Of a stretch of 64,000 bases of DNA, positions 29,979 through 40,543 are shown piece after piece. The translations under genes and the position numbers were made by a program. Source of the stretch: an uncultured Actinomycetes bacterium (GTDB lineage: Bacteria; Actinomycetota; UBA4738; HRBIN12); NCBI GenBank assembly GCA_963786805.1, contig CAWBAK010000001.1, positions 80,211-144,210 of the forward strand, given 5' to 3'. Each line of letters begins with the position of its first letter. Positions within the stretch are counted from its first letter, which is position 1. Below the pieces are notes generated by a model, which was not told the origin of the DNA, made no database searches, and worked only from the letters and a program-made list of their open reading frames with translations.

Positions 29979-32273
29979 TCAGGGGGTGGGCGCAGACGGC
30001 GAGCGTGCGTCCCGGATCGCGCGCCAGACCCGTTCGGGCGTGAGGGGCGGGTTCAGATGCCGGACGCCCAGGTGCGAGAGCGCATCCACGACCGCGTTCA
30101 CGACCGCCGGGGTCGAGCCGATCGTCGCGGACTCGCCGATGCCCTTGGCGCCGAGGGGGTTCAGCGGCGTGGGCGTTTCGATCACGCCGCGCTCGAACGA
30201 CGGGAGGTCGGACGCGGCCGGCATCGCGTACGTGGTGAAGTTGGACGTGAGCGGCGTTCCCAGCTCGTCGTAGACGACCTCCTCGAACAGCGCCTGGGCG
30301 ATCCCCTGTGCAAGGCCGCCGTGCACCTGACCCTCGACGAGGAGCGGGTTCAGGATCCGGCCGCAGTCGTCCACCGCGATGTGCCGGAGCAACCGGACGT
30401 CACCCGTTTCCAGGTCGACCTCGACGAGCGCGACGTGGGCGCCGAACGGATACGTGTAGTCCTTCTGGAGAGGCCGACCCTCCGCGAACAGCCCCGGCTC
30501 CATCCCGTCGGGCAGTCTCCCCGCATCGGACGCGACCTCCGACAGCTCGGCCCACGACATCGAGCGATCCGGCGCGCCGGCCACCCCCACCCGGCCGTCG
30601 GCGGCGACGACGTCCTCGACCGCCGCCTCGAGCGCGTGCGCCACGATCCGCCGCGCCTTCTCGAGCACTTCGCCCGCAGACGCGTACACGGACGTCCCCG
30701 CGATCTGCAGCGAGCGGGACCCGTAGGTGCCCTCACCCCGCGGGACCGCGTCCGTGTCCGATTGCACGACGTGGATGCGCTCGATCGGGATCCCGAGGAC
30801 CCCCGAGGCCACCTGCGCGTACGCGGTCTCGTGCCCCTGCCCCTGCGAGGACGTTCCCGCGCGCACGAGCCCGTCCCCTTCTGGGCCGATCTCGACCGAT
30901 GCGTACTCTTTCCGGGAGAAGCCGGTCACCTCGACGTACACGGCGACCCCGAGGCCGAGCTGACGGGTGTCGCCATGCTCCCGGCGCTCGGACTGCCGGC
31001 GGCGGAACCCGTCGTGATCGGCGAGTCGAAGGGCTTCGTCGAGGGCGCGCGCGTAGTCGCCGACGTCGTAGCGCGAGCCGACGGCCGTGGTGAACGGGAA
31101 CGCATCGGCGGGGATCAGGTTCCGGCGCCGGAGCTCGACCGGGTCGATCTCGAGCTCGCGGGCGAGGAGGTCCATCGCGCGCTCGATCGACGCCGCGGCC
31201 TCGGGTCGTCCGGCGCCTCGGTACTCGCCGACCGGCACCGTGTTGGTGACGACGGCTCGGCCCCGTGCGGCGACGCGGGGAAGCCGGTAGACACCCGGGA
31301 GCATCGTCTTGGTCGTCACGGGCAGGTACGCGGCGGCGGGGTAGGCGCCCATGTCCGCCAGGATGTCCACGCGAAGGCCGACCAGCGTGCCGTCACGCGC
31401 CGCTCCGAGCTCCACATCGTGGATCTGCGCGCGCCCGTGGTTCAGGCCGACGAGGCTCTCGCTGCGGGTCTCCTGCCACGCGACGGGACGGCCGAGCCGA
31501 AGCGCGGCCGCGGCGCAGATCAGGTACTCGGGGTAGACGTGAAGTTTGGAACCGAACCCACCGCCCACGTCCGGCGCGACGACCCGCACGGCCGAGCGCT
31601 CCAGCCCGAGCCACTCGGCGAGATCGTTCCGCACGTCGAACGGGAGCTGCGTCGAGACCCACGCGACGAGGCCCTCATCGGTGGGCTCGACCACGATCGC
31701 GTTCGTCTCCATCGGCGAGGGCGCGAGGCGTTGATGGACGATCCGCGCGCGAACGACCACGTCGGCACCCGCCATCACGTCGTCGTCCCAGGACTCCTCG
31801 AACCGGTGCGCGACGTTCGTGCCGGCGTCCGGGAACAGGAACGGAGCGTCGTCCTCGAGCGCGGCGTCGACGCCGATCACCGGATCGAGCGGTTCGACGT
31901 CGACGATCACGGCTTCGGCAGCGTCCGTCGCCTGCGCCGAGGACTCGGCGATCACGATCGCGACCGGCTCGCCAACGTAGCGCACCACCTCGGAGGCGGG
32001 GACGGGCCGCTCGAACGGTCCCTCGACGTTGCCCGCCGGAGGCCTCGGCTTCAGCTGCAGGTCGGCCGCGGTGAGCACGGCGACCACGCCCGGCATGCTC
32101 GAGGCCTCCGAGACCTCGATGCCGGAGAGCCTCCCGTGCGCGATGATGGACCGAACGAACGTGGCCCGCAGCGCGCCCTCCGGACGGAGCGCGTCCACGT
32201 AGCGAGCGCCACCGGTGAGGAACCGGGGGTCCTCGACGCGGTGGACGACGCTCCCGAAGATCGAGGTCGTCAT
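29979..32273 (-). CDS. Xanthine dehydrogenase family molybdopterin-binding subunit (CoxL form-II-like)
   Basis: RVEDPRFLTG, VGGGFGSK, YRGAGRPEA, GQGHET and GAKGIGE motifs. Confidence 0.9.
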   Translation of the reverse strand: MTTSIFGSVVHRVEDPRFLTGGARYVDALRPEGALRATFVRSIIAHGRLSGIEVSEASSMPGVVAVLTAADLQLKPRPPAGNVEGPFERPVPASEVVRYVGEPVAIVIAESSAQATDAAEAVIVDVEPLDPVIGVDAALEDDAPFLFPDAGTNVAHRFEESWDDDVMAGADVVVRARIVHQRLAPSPMETNAIVVEPTDEGLVAWVSTQLPFDVRNDLAEWLGLERSAVRVVAPDVGGGFGSKLHVYPEYLICAAAALRLGRPVAWQETRSESLVGLNHGRAQIHDVELGAARDGTLVGLRVDILADMGAYPAAAYLPVTTKTMLPGVYRLPRVAARGRAVVTNTVPVGEYRGAGRPEAAASIERAMDLLARELEIDPVELRRRNLIPADAFPFTTAVGSRYDVGDYARALDEALRLADHDGFRRRQSERREHGDTRQLGLGVAVYVEVTGFSRKEYASVEIGPEGDGLVRAGTSSQGQGHETAYAQVASGVLGIPIERIHVVQSDTDAVPRGEGTYGSRSLQIAGTSVYASAGEVLEKARRIVAHALEAAVEDVVAADGRVGVAGAPDRSMSWAELSEVASDAGRLPDGMEPGLFAEGRPLQKDYTYPFGAHVALVEVDLETGDVRLLRHIAVDDCGRILNPLLVEGQVHGGLAQGIAQALFEEVVYDELGTPLTSNFTTYAMPAASDLPSFERGVIETPTPLNPLGAKGIGESATIGSTPAVVNAVVDALSHLGVRHLNPPLTPERVWRAIRDARSPSAPTP

Positions 32274-32301
32274 CGGGCCGTCGATACTAGAGGAGCGACG
32301 G

Positions 32302-33387
32302 ATGCGCAGACGGGCGACCTTCGCACTGACCCTCGCCGCGACGCTGACGGTGGCGCTCGCGATCACCGCGTCCCCGGCCCTCGCCGACATCGAAGCCAAA
32401 GAGGTCGTCGGCGGCCTGGAGCAGCCGGTCGGGTTCACGTTCGGGCCGGGCAAGCAGATCTGGTACGTGGAGAAGGCCACCGGTCAGATCCGCGTCGTCG
32501 ACCTCGACACCGACAACGACCGCCTGTTCGCGACGGTCAGCGGGGTGAACTCCGACGGCGAGCGCGGGATGCTCGGCATCGCGCTGCATCCGCGCTATCC
32601 GAACAAGCCCTTCGTCTACGTGTACGTCACCCGCACCGCGAACGGGAGTCTGCGCAACCAGATCCTGCGGTACGAGGACCGCAACGGCTCGGGGGTCCGG
32701 CGACGCGTGATCTTCACGAGCCCCGCGAGCTCGAGCCCGTACCACAACGGTGGGCGGATCCTGTTCGGGCCCGACGGGATGCTGTACGCGATCGTCGGCG
32801 AGGGACACAACCCCTCGCACGCCCAGGACCTGTCGGAGAACGACCGGGGCAAGATCCTGCGGCTCTTGCCGAATGGCGACGCGCCGGCGTCGAACCCGTT
32901 CGACAACCGGATCTGGGCCTTCGGGATCCGGAACGGGTTCGGGCTCGGGTTCGACCCGGAGACCGGCGGGCTCTGGGATACGGACAACGGTCCCGGTTGC
33001 AACGACGAGGTGAACCTGATCGTCGAGGCGGGCAACTACGGCTGGGGACCGTCACAGACCTGCGACGGGACGTCGCCGGGCAACACCAACGGCGACGGAC
33101 CCGATCCGATCCTGCCGAAGTCCTTTTACGAGGGCACGATCGGGATCACCGGCATCGTGTTCTGCGATGCGTGCGGTCTCGGGGGCCAAAGCGACGGCGC
33201 GGCGTTCCACGGAGCGGTGAACAACGGACAGGTCACGCGGATGATCCTGAACGCTGCGCGCGACGACGTCACCGGACGGGGGGTCGTGTACGACCATCCG
33301 GACGGAACGCTGTCGTTCGAGGTCGGCCCACACGGGAAGCTCTACTTCAGCGACTTCGACGGGATCTACCGGCTGGTGCAGCGCTGA
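32302..33387 (+). CDS. Secreted PQQ-dependent sugar dehydrogenase (GSDH beta-propeller)
   Basis: Signal peptide; ERGMLGIALHP, HNGGRILFGPDG, GIRN and GNYGW motifs. Confidence 0.88.
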   Translation: MRRRATFALTLAATLTVALAITASPALADIEAKEVVGGLEQPVGFTFGPGKQIWYVEKATGQIRVVDLDTDNDRLFATVSGVNSDGERGMLGIALHPRYPNKPFVYVYVTRTANGSLRNQILRYEDRNGSGVRRRVIFTSPASSSPYHNGGRILFGPDGMLYAIVGEGHNPSHAQDLSENDRGKILRLLPNGDAPASNPFDNRIWAFGIRNGFGLGFDPETGGLWDTDNGPGCNDEVNLIVEAGNYGWGPSQTCDGTSPGNTNGDGPDPILPKSFYEGTIGITGIVFCDACGLGGQSDGAAFHGAVNNGQVTRMILNAARDDVTGRGVVYDHPDGTLSFEVGPHGKLYFSDFDGIYRLVQR

Positions 33388-33466
33388 GGCTCTCGGCCGG
33401 CCCTGGTGCGCGAGCGGCCCGAGGCGTACGCTCGTTGCGCACGTCACGGATACGAGGAGGCACGCG

Positions 33467-33592
33467 GTGGACATCGGACCGCTGAGGCGCGTGATCGAGG
33501 TGGAACCGACCACCTTGCCCGTGCCCGAGGAGATCTCCGAGCCCGAGCTCGTCCCCGAGCCCGAACGCGCCCCCGCCGAACCGGCGCCCTGA
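33467..33592 (+). CDS. 41-aa Pro/Glu-rich peptide
   Basis: SD GAGGAGG 6 nt before GTG; MDIGPLRRVIEVEPTTLPVPEEISEPELVPEPERAPAEPAP; stop is 3 nt before the next ATG. Confidence 0.65.
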   Translation: MDIGPLRRVIEVEPTTLPVPEEISEPELVPEPERAPAEPAP

Positions 33593-33595
33593 CCC

Positions 33596-34189
33596 ATGCT
33601 TCAGGTTCGGGCCGGCGCCCGCACCCGCCTCACCGAACCGATCCAGGGGTTCCGGACGTGGACGCTGGCCGGAACCCGGGACGCGGCCGACGTGCGGCTC
33701 CTGCCGATCGCCGACGCCGCGCACCCGTGGCCGGTCCGCGAACCGCTGCGCGCCGAGTGCGCGAAACGGCGTCTCCACCGGGTCCCGGCGCTCGATTGCA
33801 CGTGCGGGATCCACGCGACGGCGGAGGTGGACCTGCTGCGGCGGACCCGCGACCCCGCGGTGCTCGGCACGGTCGCCGTGTGGGGGCGGATCGCCGAACA
33901 CGAGCACGGTCTCCGCGCCGAGTACGGCTATCCGCAGCGGCTCAGCCTCGTCTGTCAGCTGTGCTTCTGGCAGAACGGGGTGGAGCGTTCGATCGCCTGC
34001 GAGGTCGTCATCCGGCATCGGAACGGGCGGATGGTCCCGCTGTGCATCCCGCATCTCGAGCTGTGCGAACGGTACGGGTATCCGGTTCCCCTGATCCTGG
34101 AGGCCGGGATCGTCGAACGGTCGCTGCTCGATGCCTACGCGGTCGACGTGCTGCGGTTCGGGGTGGCGAGCCGGGCGGAAGCGCGCTAG
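33596..34189 (+). CDS. Hypothetical Cys/His-rich protein
   Basis: GFRTW, C....H..P..DCTCGIHA, V.G.V.VWG....H..G.RA motifs plus C..C...C..H; GC3-rich codon usage. Confidence 0.7.
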   Translation: MLQVRAGARTRLTEPIQGFRTWTLAGTRDAADVRLLPIADAAHPWPVREPLRAECAKRRLHRVPALDCTCGIHATAEVDLLRRTRDPAVLGTVAVWGRIAEHEHGLRAEYGYPQRLSLVCQLCFWQNGVERSIACEVVIRHRNGRMVPLCIPHLELCERYGYPVPLILEAGIVERSLLDAYAVDVLRFGVASRAEAR

Positions 34190-36309
34190 CTCGGGCCCGT
34201 GCGGTGCCGCGCGGCGGCGGCACGGGCGAGCCGTTCGCGAAGTGACAGGCCGGCGAGGTCCTCCTCCGTCTCCTCGTCGGGGGGAAGATCCGACGGCGAC
34301 GGATCGATGGGGGACTCGGCGGGGCGGAACACCGACATCTCCTCGTCGGCCGGCTCCACGTCGCGGACCGGCTCGGACTCTCGGGACGGCTCCGGATGGC
34401 GCAGGAGACCGCGTTCGGTTCGCGAACGCCGCGGCGGACGCTTCTCTTCGGCCGGCTCGTCGCCGCCCTCGCCCGCGAGGCGGTCCTCGGCCGACTTCAG
34501 CTTGCGCGTCGCCTCCATGAGCTCGAACTGCGTGTTGGCGAGCGATTGCTGCGCGACCTGGAGCTCGCTCACGTCCGATCGGCGCTGCGACTCCATCTGC
34601 TCGATCCGCGCGAGCAGCGAGTCCAGATCCGGTGCGCCGCGCTTGGCCGCAGTCGCTTTCACGGCATCCGCGTCGCGAGCCTCATCCGCCGCCTGGGTCA
34701 CGGCCTCTCGATCCGCCGTGGCCCGGGACGCCTGGGCCACCGCACCCTCCAGATCGTCGCGGAGGCGCTCGACGTCGGCGCCCCTGCGCTCGAGCTCGTT
34801 CTGAAGACGCTCGGCCTCGAACACGGCCCGCGCGAGCTCCGCCTTGCCCTCCTCGGCATCGGCGGCCAGGGCGGCGGCCTCCTCCTTCGCCCGTCGAGCC
34901 TCGGCCCTCGCCTCCGCGGCCACGGCCTTGGCTTCCTCAGCCGCCGCGTTCGCCCGCGCGGCGATCCCCTTGGCTTCGTCGGCCTCCTCCTTCGCCGCCT
35001 CCACCGACGCATCGGCCCGCGCGGCGGCGGCGTTCGCCTCCTGGGCGGCCGCCTTGGCTTGGGCGAGCTCCTTCTGGGACTCGTCCTTGGCGACCCGGGC
35101 GGCGCCGAGTCCCTCGGTCGAGCGCTCCGCCTCCGCGAGCCGCAACTTCAGATCCTCGATCTCGAGCTGCGCCTTGCGGAGCTCGGTGTCGGCCTTCGCC
35201 GCCTTCTCGCGCTTGGCCACGGCGGGGACCTCGGCCGCTCGGCGCTCGGCGTCCTTCAGCGCCGCCTCGAGCTCCGCGATGCGCCTCGCGCCGATGGAGT
35301 CGGCGGAGGGACCCTCACGTTCCAGCGCGAGCTCGGCCTCCTTCTCTGCGAGCGCCGCGCGCAGGCGTTGGACTTCGCCCGCGAACTGCTCCCGCTCGGC
35401 CTGCTCCGCGCGGAGCTGCAGCTCGGTTTCCTCCAAGCGCTTGCGGACACCCTGCGGGACACTCTCCGGCCTCATCTCGCGGGCCTTCTCCGGAGCCATC
35501 TCCTTGATCCTGGGTCCGGCCTGCGCGAGGCGTTGTCCCATCCCCGCCTGCCGTTCGGCATGCTCCGCCGAGAGCGCGCGTGCCTCTTCGTCGCGCTCCT
35601 TGCGTTCCTGCCGCGACCGCCGGGGCTGGCGATCGGCCGACGCCGGCTCGGCTCCGGGAGACTGCCGCAACGAGATCACCGACACGCCGGCGAAGCCCAC
35701 GAGGGCAAGGATCAGGAACATCTGGACGAGCCGCCAGATCCGGTTGGCGGCGTCCTCGATCGATGCGTAACGCTGGTCGATCTGGACGACGGCGTACGGA
35801 GCGACCGCCCCGTCGAGCTCCAGCGGCACGTACGACTGGTAGAGCTTCTCGTCCGACCCCTCGAGCCCGTCGACGGGAGGAACCCGGTGCCCCGTCGCGG
35901 TGCTCACGACCTCGCCCGTCGAGGCTCGGGCGATCTCGGCGTTCTCGCGTGCGAAGAACTCGTCGACCTTGTCCCGTTGCGCGGTCGAGAAGATGAGGTC
36001 TCCGCCCGCCTTCCAGATCCGGAGGCGGACGACCCGGTGATCCGACAGGATCCCGGCTTGCACCGAGATCAGGAGGTCCCGGTACGGCGTGCCCATGATG
36101 TCGCGCGCCAGGAGGTCGGGGGTCAGCTCCGTGAACAGGAAGGCCTCGGCGAACTGCTCCGCTCTCGTCTCGGCCGTCGCCTCGGCGCCCTCGATCCCGG
36201 TCCCGGACAGCATGAACGACATCGCGAGGAGGCCGGAGAGAAGCACGCCCACGCCCAAGAGCACGAAGCGGCTCTTCTTCCCCACGAGGCGCCGGCGGCG
36301 CTCGCTCAT
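34186..36309 (-). CDS. Two-TM membrane protein with extracytoplasmic sensor-like domain and long cytoplasmic coiled coil
   Basis: TM - about 150 aa loop (RLRIWKAGGDLIFST..YVPL) - TM - about 400 aa Ala/Glu heptads; no kinase motifs. Confidence 0.7.
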   Translation of the reverse strand: MSERRRRLVGKKSRFVLLGVGVLLSGLLAMSFMLSGTGIEGAEATAETRAEQFAEAFLFTELTPDLLARDIMGTPYRDLLISVQAGILSDHRVVRLRIWKAGGDLIFSTAQRDKVDEFFARENAEIARASTGEVVSTATGHRVPPVDGLEGSDEKLYQSYVPLELDGAVAPYAVVQIDQRYASIEDAANRIWRLVQMFLILALVGFAGVSVISLRQSPGAEPASADRQPRRSRQERKERDEEARALSAEHAERQAGMGQRLAQAGPRIKEMAPEKAREMRPESVPQGVRKRLEETELQLRAEQAEREQFAGEVQRLRAALAEKEAELALEREGPSADSIGARRIAELEAALKDAERRAAEVPAVAKREKAAKADTELRKAQLEIEDLKLRLAEAERSTEGLGAARVAKDESQKELAQAKAAAQEANAAAARADASVEAAKEEADEAKGIAARANAAAEEAKAVAAEARAEARRAKEEAAALAADAEEGKAELARAVFEAERLQNELERRGADVERLRDDLEGAVAQASRATADREAVTQAADEARDADAVKATAAKRGAPDLDSLLARIEQMESQRRSDVSELQVAQQSLANTQFELMEATRKLKSAEDRLAGEGGDEPAEEKRPPRRSRTERGLLRHPEPSRESEPVRDVEPADEEMSVFRPAESPIDPSPSDLPPDEETEEDLAGLSLRERLARAAAARHRTGPS

Positions 36310-36371
36310 GGGGACGCCCAAAGGATGACCGGCCCGACGATCGCCGGAGGAGCTGCCGGATACCGACCCAT

Positions 36372-37389
36372 CTATCGAGTTTCGGCCGTCCGCTCCGAAG
36401 TCTTGAACACGCGGAACAGGAGAAGGAGGGAGGGCGCGAGCAGGGCTCCGCCCAGCGTGAAGCCGATCGCGACCACCCGAACGGTGGCCTCAGGCGCGGC
36501 TGCCGCCTCCACGGTCACGTCCGGGACCACCAGAAATGGCCACTGGGCGGCCCCCCAGGCCCAAAGGACGGCTCCGACGGCGATCGCGGCGGCGAGCCGG
36601 GCCAGCCGGCTGGCACCGGCGGCGATGGCGACGAGCGAGCCCAGTCCCCCGGTCGGCCGACAGGGCCACGAACGGGATGCCGCGTTCGAGCATGCCCTCC
36701 CAGAGGATCGGAGCCTGATCGCGGACGACGACCAGCCCGATCGCGGCGAGGATCCCGCCGGCGATGCCGGATCCGATCGCCCGCGTCCGGAAGTCGCGCG
36801 CGAGCTCCGGTTCGCCGCGAACCTGCGCCTCGACGATCAGGTAGGTCGCCGCGAGGTACGCGCAGATCGCGACGGCGAACAGGCCGGCGAACAAGGACAG
36901 CGGCGACGTCCACGCCGAGACGAGACCCGCTTGGACCTCGCCGCCTCGAACCCGGATCCGGCCGCTCGCGATCGAGGCGGCCGAGGCGCCGAGCAGGAAC
37001 GGCGACACGAGCGAGGCGATCCCGAAGATCGGCGTCCACGTTCGCTCCCAGGCCGACTCCCGGTCGCCGTGTGCCCGGAACGCGAAGGCGGCACCCCGGA
37101 ACACGATCCCGACCAGCACGAGACTGAACGGCAGATATAACGCGACCGACAGATCCGCGAACACGCTCGGGAAGGCGGCGAGGAGCCCGGTGAGGACGAA
37201 GATCAACCACACGTGGTTCGCTTCCCACACGGGCGCGATCGCCTCGGAGATCAGCGCGCGCTGCCGCTCCCTGCGGGGGCCGGCCGCCAGCAGATCCCAC
37301 ACGCCTCCACCGAAGTCGGCACCGCCCAGGAGGAGGTAGAGCGTGAGACCGAGCCACAGGACACCCAGCACGTAGATCTCGGCGGTCAC
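36372..37389 (-). CDS. cydB: Cytochrome bd oxidase subunit II (frameshift near 36655)
   Basis: GGADFGGG, PVWEANHVWLIF and RGAAFAFR motifs. Confidence 0.9.
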
Positions 37390-38711
37390 GGCTCGACCGT
37401 TCCTTGTGGTTTGCGAGCCAGGCGGAGCAGCAGCCACGTGCACGCGACCGCGAGGAGCGCGTACACGACGATCGTTCCGGCCAGGTGCCACACGATGCCG
37501 GGACGCGTCGTGACGGCGTCCGCCGTCCGCATCACGTCCTGAACGATCCAGGGCTGGCGTCCGACTTCCGTGACGATCCACCCGGCCTCGATCGCGACGA
37601 ACGCCGCCGGCCCGGCGAGCAGGACCGCCCGAAGGAACCATCGCCCGTCCGGCAGACGCTTCCGCCGCCACCGCCCGACTCCCGCCCAGATCCCGAGGGC
37701 GAGCAACCCGAACCCGATCGCCACCATCGCCTGGAACGCGAGATGCACGAGCACGGTGTTCGGACGGTCCTCGGGCGAGACCGCCTGCAATCCCTCGACG
37801 ACGGCGTTGGTATCTCCGTACGCGAGCCAGGACAGTCCGCCGGGGATCTCGATCGCGAACACGGTCTCCTCGCGGCTCGGGATCGGGATGCCGCCGATGC
37901 GAAGCGGCGCCCTCGCCTGCGTCTCCCACTGCCCCTCGAGCGCCGCGAGCTTCACCGGCTGATGCTCGGCGACGTGGCGAGCCGCCCAGTCGCCCACGAC
38001 GACCTGGATGGGCGCGAGCACGAGCCCGAGCACCAGCCCGACCGCGAGCCCACGCCACCGGTACGTGTCGCGCCGGCCGCGGAGCAGCGAGAACGCGTAG
38101 ATGGAAGCCACCGACAGGCCCGTCGCCATGTACGCGGCGATGAGCATGTGCGTCGTCATCACCGGCGTGGAGGGGTTCAGCATGGCGCCGATCGGATCGA
38201 CCTCGACCAGCCGGTCACCCTCGAGCACGTAGCCGACCGGCGTGTGCATCCACGCGTTCGCGGTGACGACGAACCACGCGCTCGCGGCCCCCGAGATCGC
38301 GACCGGGACGCCCGACCACCAGTGCGTCCACGGCGAGAGCCGATCCCAGCCGTACAGGTAGATCCCGAGGAAGATCGCCTCGAGGAAGAACGCGAACGCC
38401 TCGAGTGCGAACGGGAGCCCGATCACGCTCCCCCACCGGCCCATGAGTCGGGGCCAGAACAGGCCGAGCGAGAACGACAGAACGGTCCCGCTCACCGCGC
38501 CGACGGCGAACAGGATCCCGAAGCCCTTGGCCCAGCGCTTCGCGAGCGCCATCCACACCGCATCGCCGTCGCGGTTGGCCCGGTACTCGGCGTACAGGAG
38601 CATCACGGGCAGCCCGATCCCCAGGCTGGCGAATACGATGTGGAACCCGAGCGAGACCGCCATCTGGATGCGGCCGGCCTCGAGGTTCGAGAGCGCGAGG
38701 ACCCAGGTCAC
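37386..38711 (-). CDS. cydA: Cytochrome bd oxidase subunit I
   Basis: FHIVF, GAVSGT.LSF, NAWMHTP, QPVKLAALEG and GWIVTEVGRQPW motifs. Confidence 0.95.
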   Translation of the reverse strand: MTWVLALSNLEAGRIQMAVSLGFHIVFASLGIGLPVMLLYAEYRANRDGDAVWMALAKRWAKGFGILFAVGAVSGTVLSFSLGLFWPRLMGRWGSVIGLPFALEAFAFFLEAIFLGIYLYGWDRLSPWTHWWSGVPVAISGAASAWFVVTANAWMHTPVGYVLEGDRLVEVDPIGAMLNPSTPVMTTHMLIAAYMATGLSVASIYAFSLLRGRRDTYRWRGLAVGLVLGLVLAPIQVVVGDWAARHVAEHQPVKLAALEGQWETQARAPLRIGGIPIPSREETVFAIEIPGGLSWLAYGDTNAVVEGLQAVSPEDRPNTVLVHLAFQAMVAIGFGLLALGIWAGVGRWRRKRLPDGRWFLRAVLLAGPAAFVAIEAGWIVTEVGRQPWIVQDVMRTADAVTTRPGIVWHLAGTIVVYALLAVACTWLLLRLARKPQGTVEP

Positions 38712-38770
38712 CGGACCCCGATGCTTTCACGGACGCATACTCCCGGGGAGAAACTGCGCGCGGTACAAGG

Positions 38771-40406
38771 ATGGTGCCGTTCCCTGACGAAGAGACAGGA
38801 CCCGAGGCGGGACGGTGATCCCGACCGTCGGACCCTCGCGCCGATCCTCGGGTCGAGCGTCCCATCGCGACAGCGGACGGTCATCCTCGGTGTGGTCGTC
38901 TTGTTCGGCGTCGCCGTTCGGGCTCTTCCGCTCCTGGTCCCGAACGGACCACAGGCGACGGCGAGCTTCGACGAGAGCATCTATCTCTCGTCGGCGGGAC
39001 TCTTCTCCGAAGGCTGGATGCCGTACCGAGACTTCGGATTCCTGCATCCCCCCGGCATCCTGTTGCTGCTTTGGCCGCTCACGACCCTGGCACCAGAGGT
39101 CCTCGGTTGGAACGACGCGCTCGTTCTCGCGCGCTGGGCTGGCGTCGCGCTCGGGACCGCCAACCTCGTTCTCGTAGCCGTTCTGGCAACGCGATGGCGT
39201 GGTTGGGTTTCGGGCGTCGTGGCAGCAACGCTGTATGCGACGTACGCGCCGGCCGTATCGATCGAGCGGCACATCCTGCTGGAACCCGCCGTCAACGCCA
39301 TCGTGCTCTGCGCGGCGATGTTGTGGTTGGCATCGTCCGGCCGGGTGAGCTCTCGTCGTGCCGGGGCGGCCGGAGCCCTGGTCGGTCTTGCGGCCGCGAT
39401 CAAACTGACCGGCGGTCTTGCGATCGCCGGCGTCGTCCTTGCTGATCGACTCCGGGGTGAGTGGCGACAACGCATGCTCGCGATCGGGGCCGCCCTCGTG
39501 GTCTTCGCTCTCATCGTCGTTCCTTTCCTCGTCGCCTCAGGACCGGGCGACTTCGTCCGCTTCGTCGTAGGAGCACAGGTGGAACGGCCGGGCGGGGACG
39601 TGATCGGAGGAAGTCTCATGGGTGTGCGCTCCCGACTGCGGCACCTGATCCTCTTCGGCTTGTTGAACGTCGCGAGCGTCCCGGGTGTCGTCAGAGTGAT
39701 GGTGCTCCTTGCCTTGATCGCGGCGGTGGTTTGGGCCTGGGCCCGCGGAGGTCGGCACGGCCGATTCTGGGCGGCCCTGTTCGTCGCGATCGGTCCTCTC
39801 CTGCTCTTGGCCCCTGACTACTACGAGCAATACCCAGTGTCCCTGGCTCCATCGATGGCCATCATCGGAGGCGCCGGCGCTGTCGCCGCCCTCGAACATC
39901 TGCATCGCCACGGGGCCGCCGTGCTGCGCGTAGCAGTGGTGGCGCTCGCCGTTCTGCTCGTCGGAGGGATGGCCGTCGTGGGGCGCGCGCAGTGGTCGGC
40001 GCTTCCTCGCGGAGCACCCGATGTCGGCGCCGAGTTCCGCGCGCAGGTGGATCCGGGGGACTGCGTTTCGTCGGACGCTCCGTACCTGGTTCTCGCCGCC
40101 GGGATGCTCCCACCGAGCGACGCCACAGGCGCTCCGCTCGCTGATCCCTTCGGCGAGCTGCTGGCGATCGCTCTCGAGCGGACGTCCGCATGGCCTTCCA
40201 CTTCAGCCGCACTGCTCGATGTGTCGGCGCAGGAGCGTCTGCGCGCAGGGCTTGCCGCGTGCCGGTACGTCGCCTTGACGTCGCGCCCGGAACATCACAT
40301 CCGGTTCTCGGCTGCGACATCCCGTTGGTTCGTCGAGCGCTACCGCATCCTCCTGGATGGCGGGCACCGGCCAACGCTGTGGGTCCGACGCGACCCAGCC
40401 CCGTGA
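38771..40406 (+). CDS. GT-C type (ArnT/PMT-like) membrane glycosyltransferase; start uncertain
   Basis: FDESIY, PYRDF.FLHPPG, LLEP and A.AIKL motifs; many TM helices; no clean in-frame start, lower GC3 than neighbours. Confidence 0.7.
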
Positions 40407-40543
40407 CGATGGCACTCGCAGCCGTTCGCCGAGCTCGGTTCCGCTCCTCGCATACATGCAGCGGGCCACGGTCGTCGACCTGGAGGATGGAAGGCGCCGC
40501 CACACAGGACGAGGACATCGACGCTCGATCCGGGGCGAGCGTC

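Noticed and set aside
29979-32273. Form I aerobic CO dehydrogenase
   Set aside because: The active-site loop is EYRGAGR, not AYxCSFR, and no cox cluster is present.
15000-37140. Very long antisense or alternate-frame ORFs (e.g. 15000-18389, 30057-33485, 34396-37140)
   Set aside because: Shadow ORFs of high-GC coding sequence overlapping well-supported genes.
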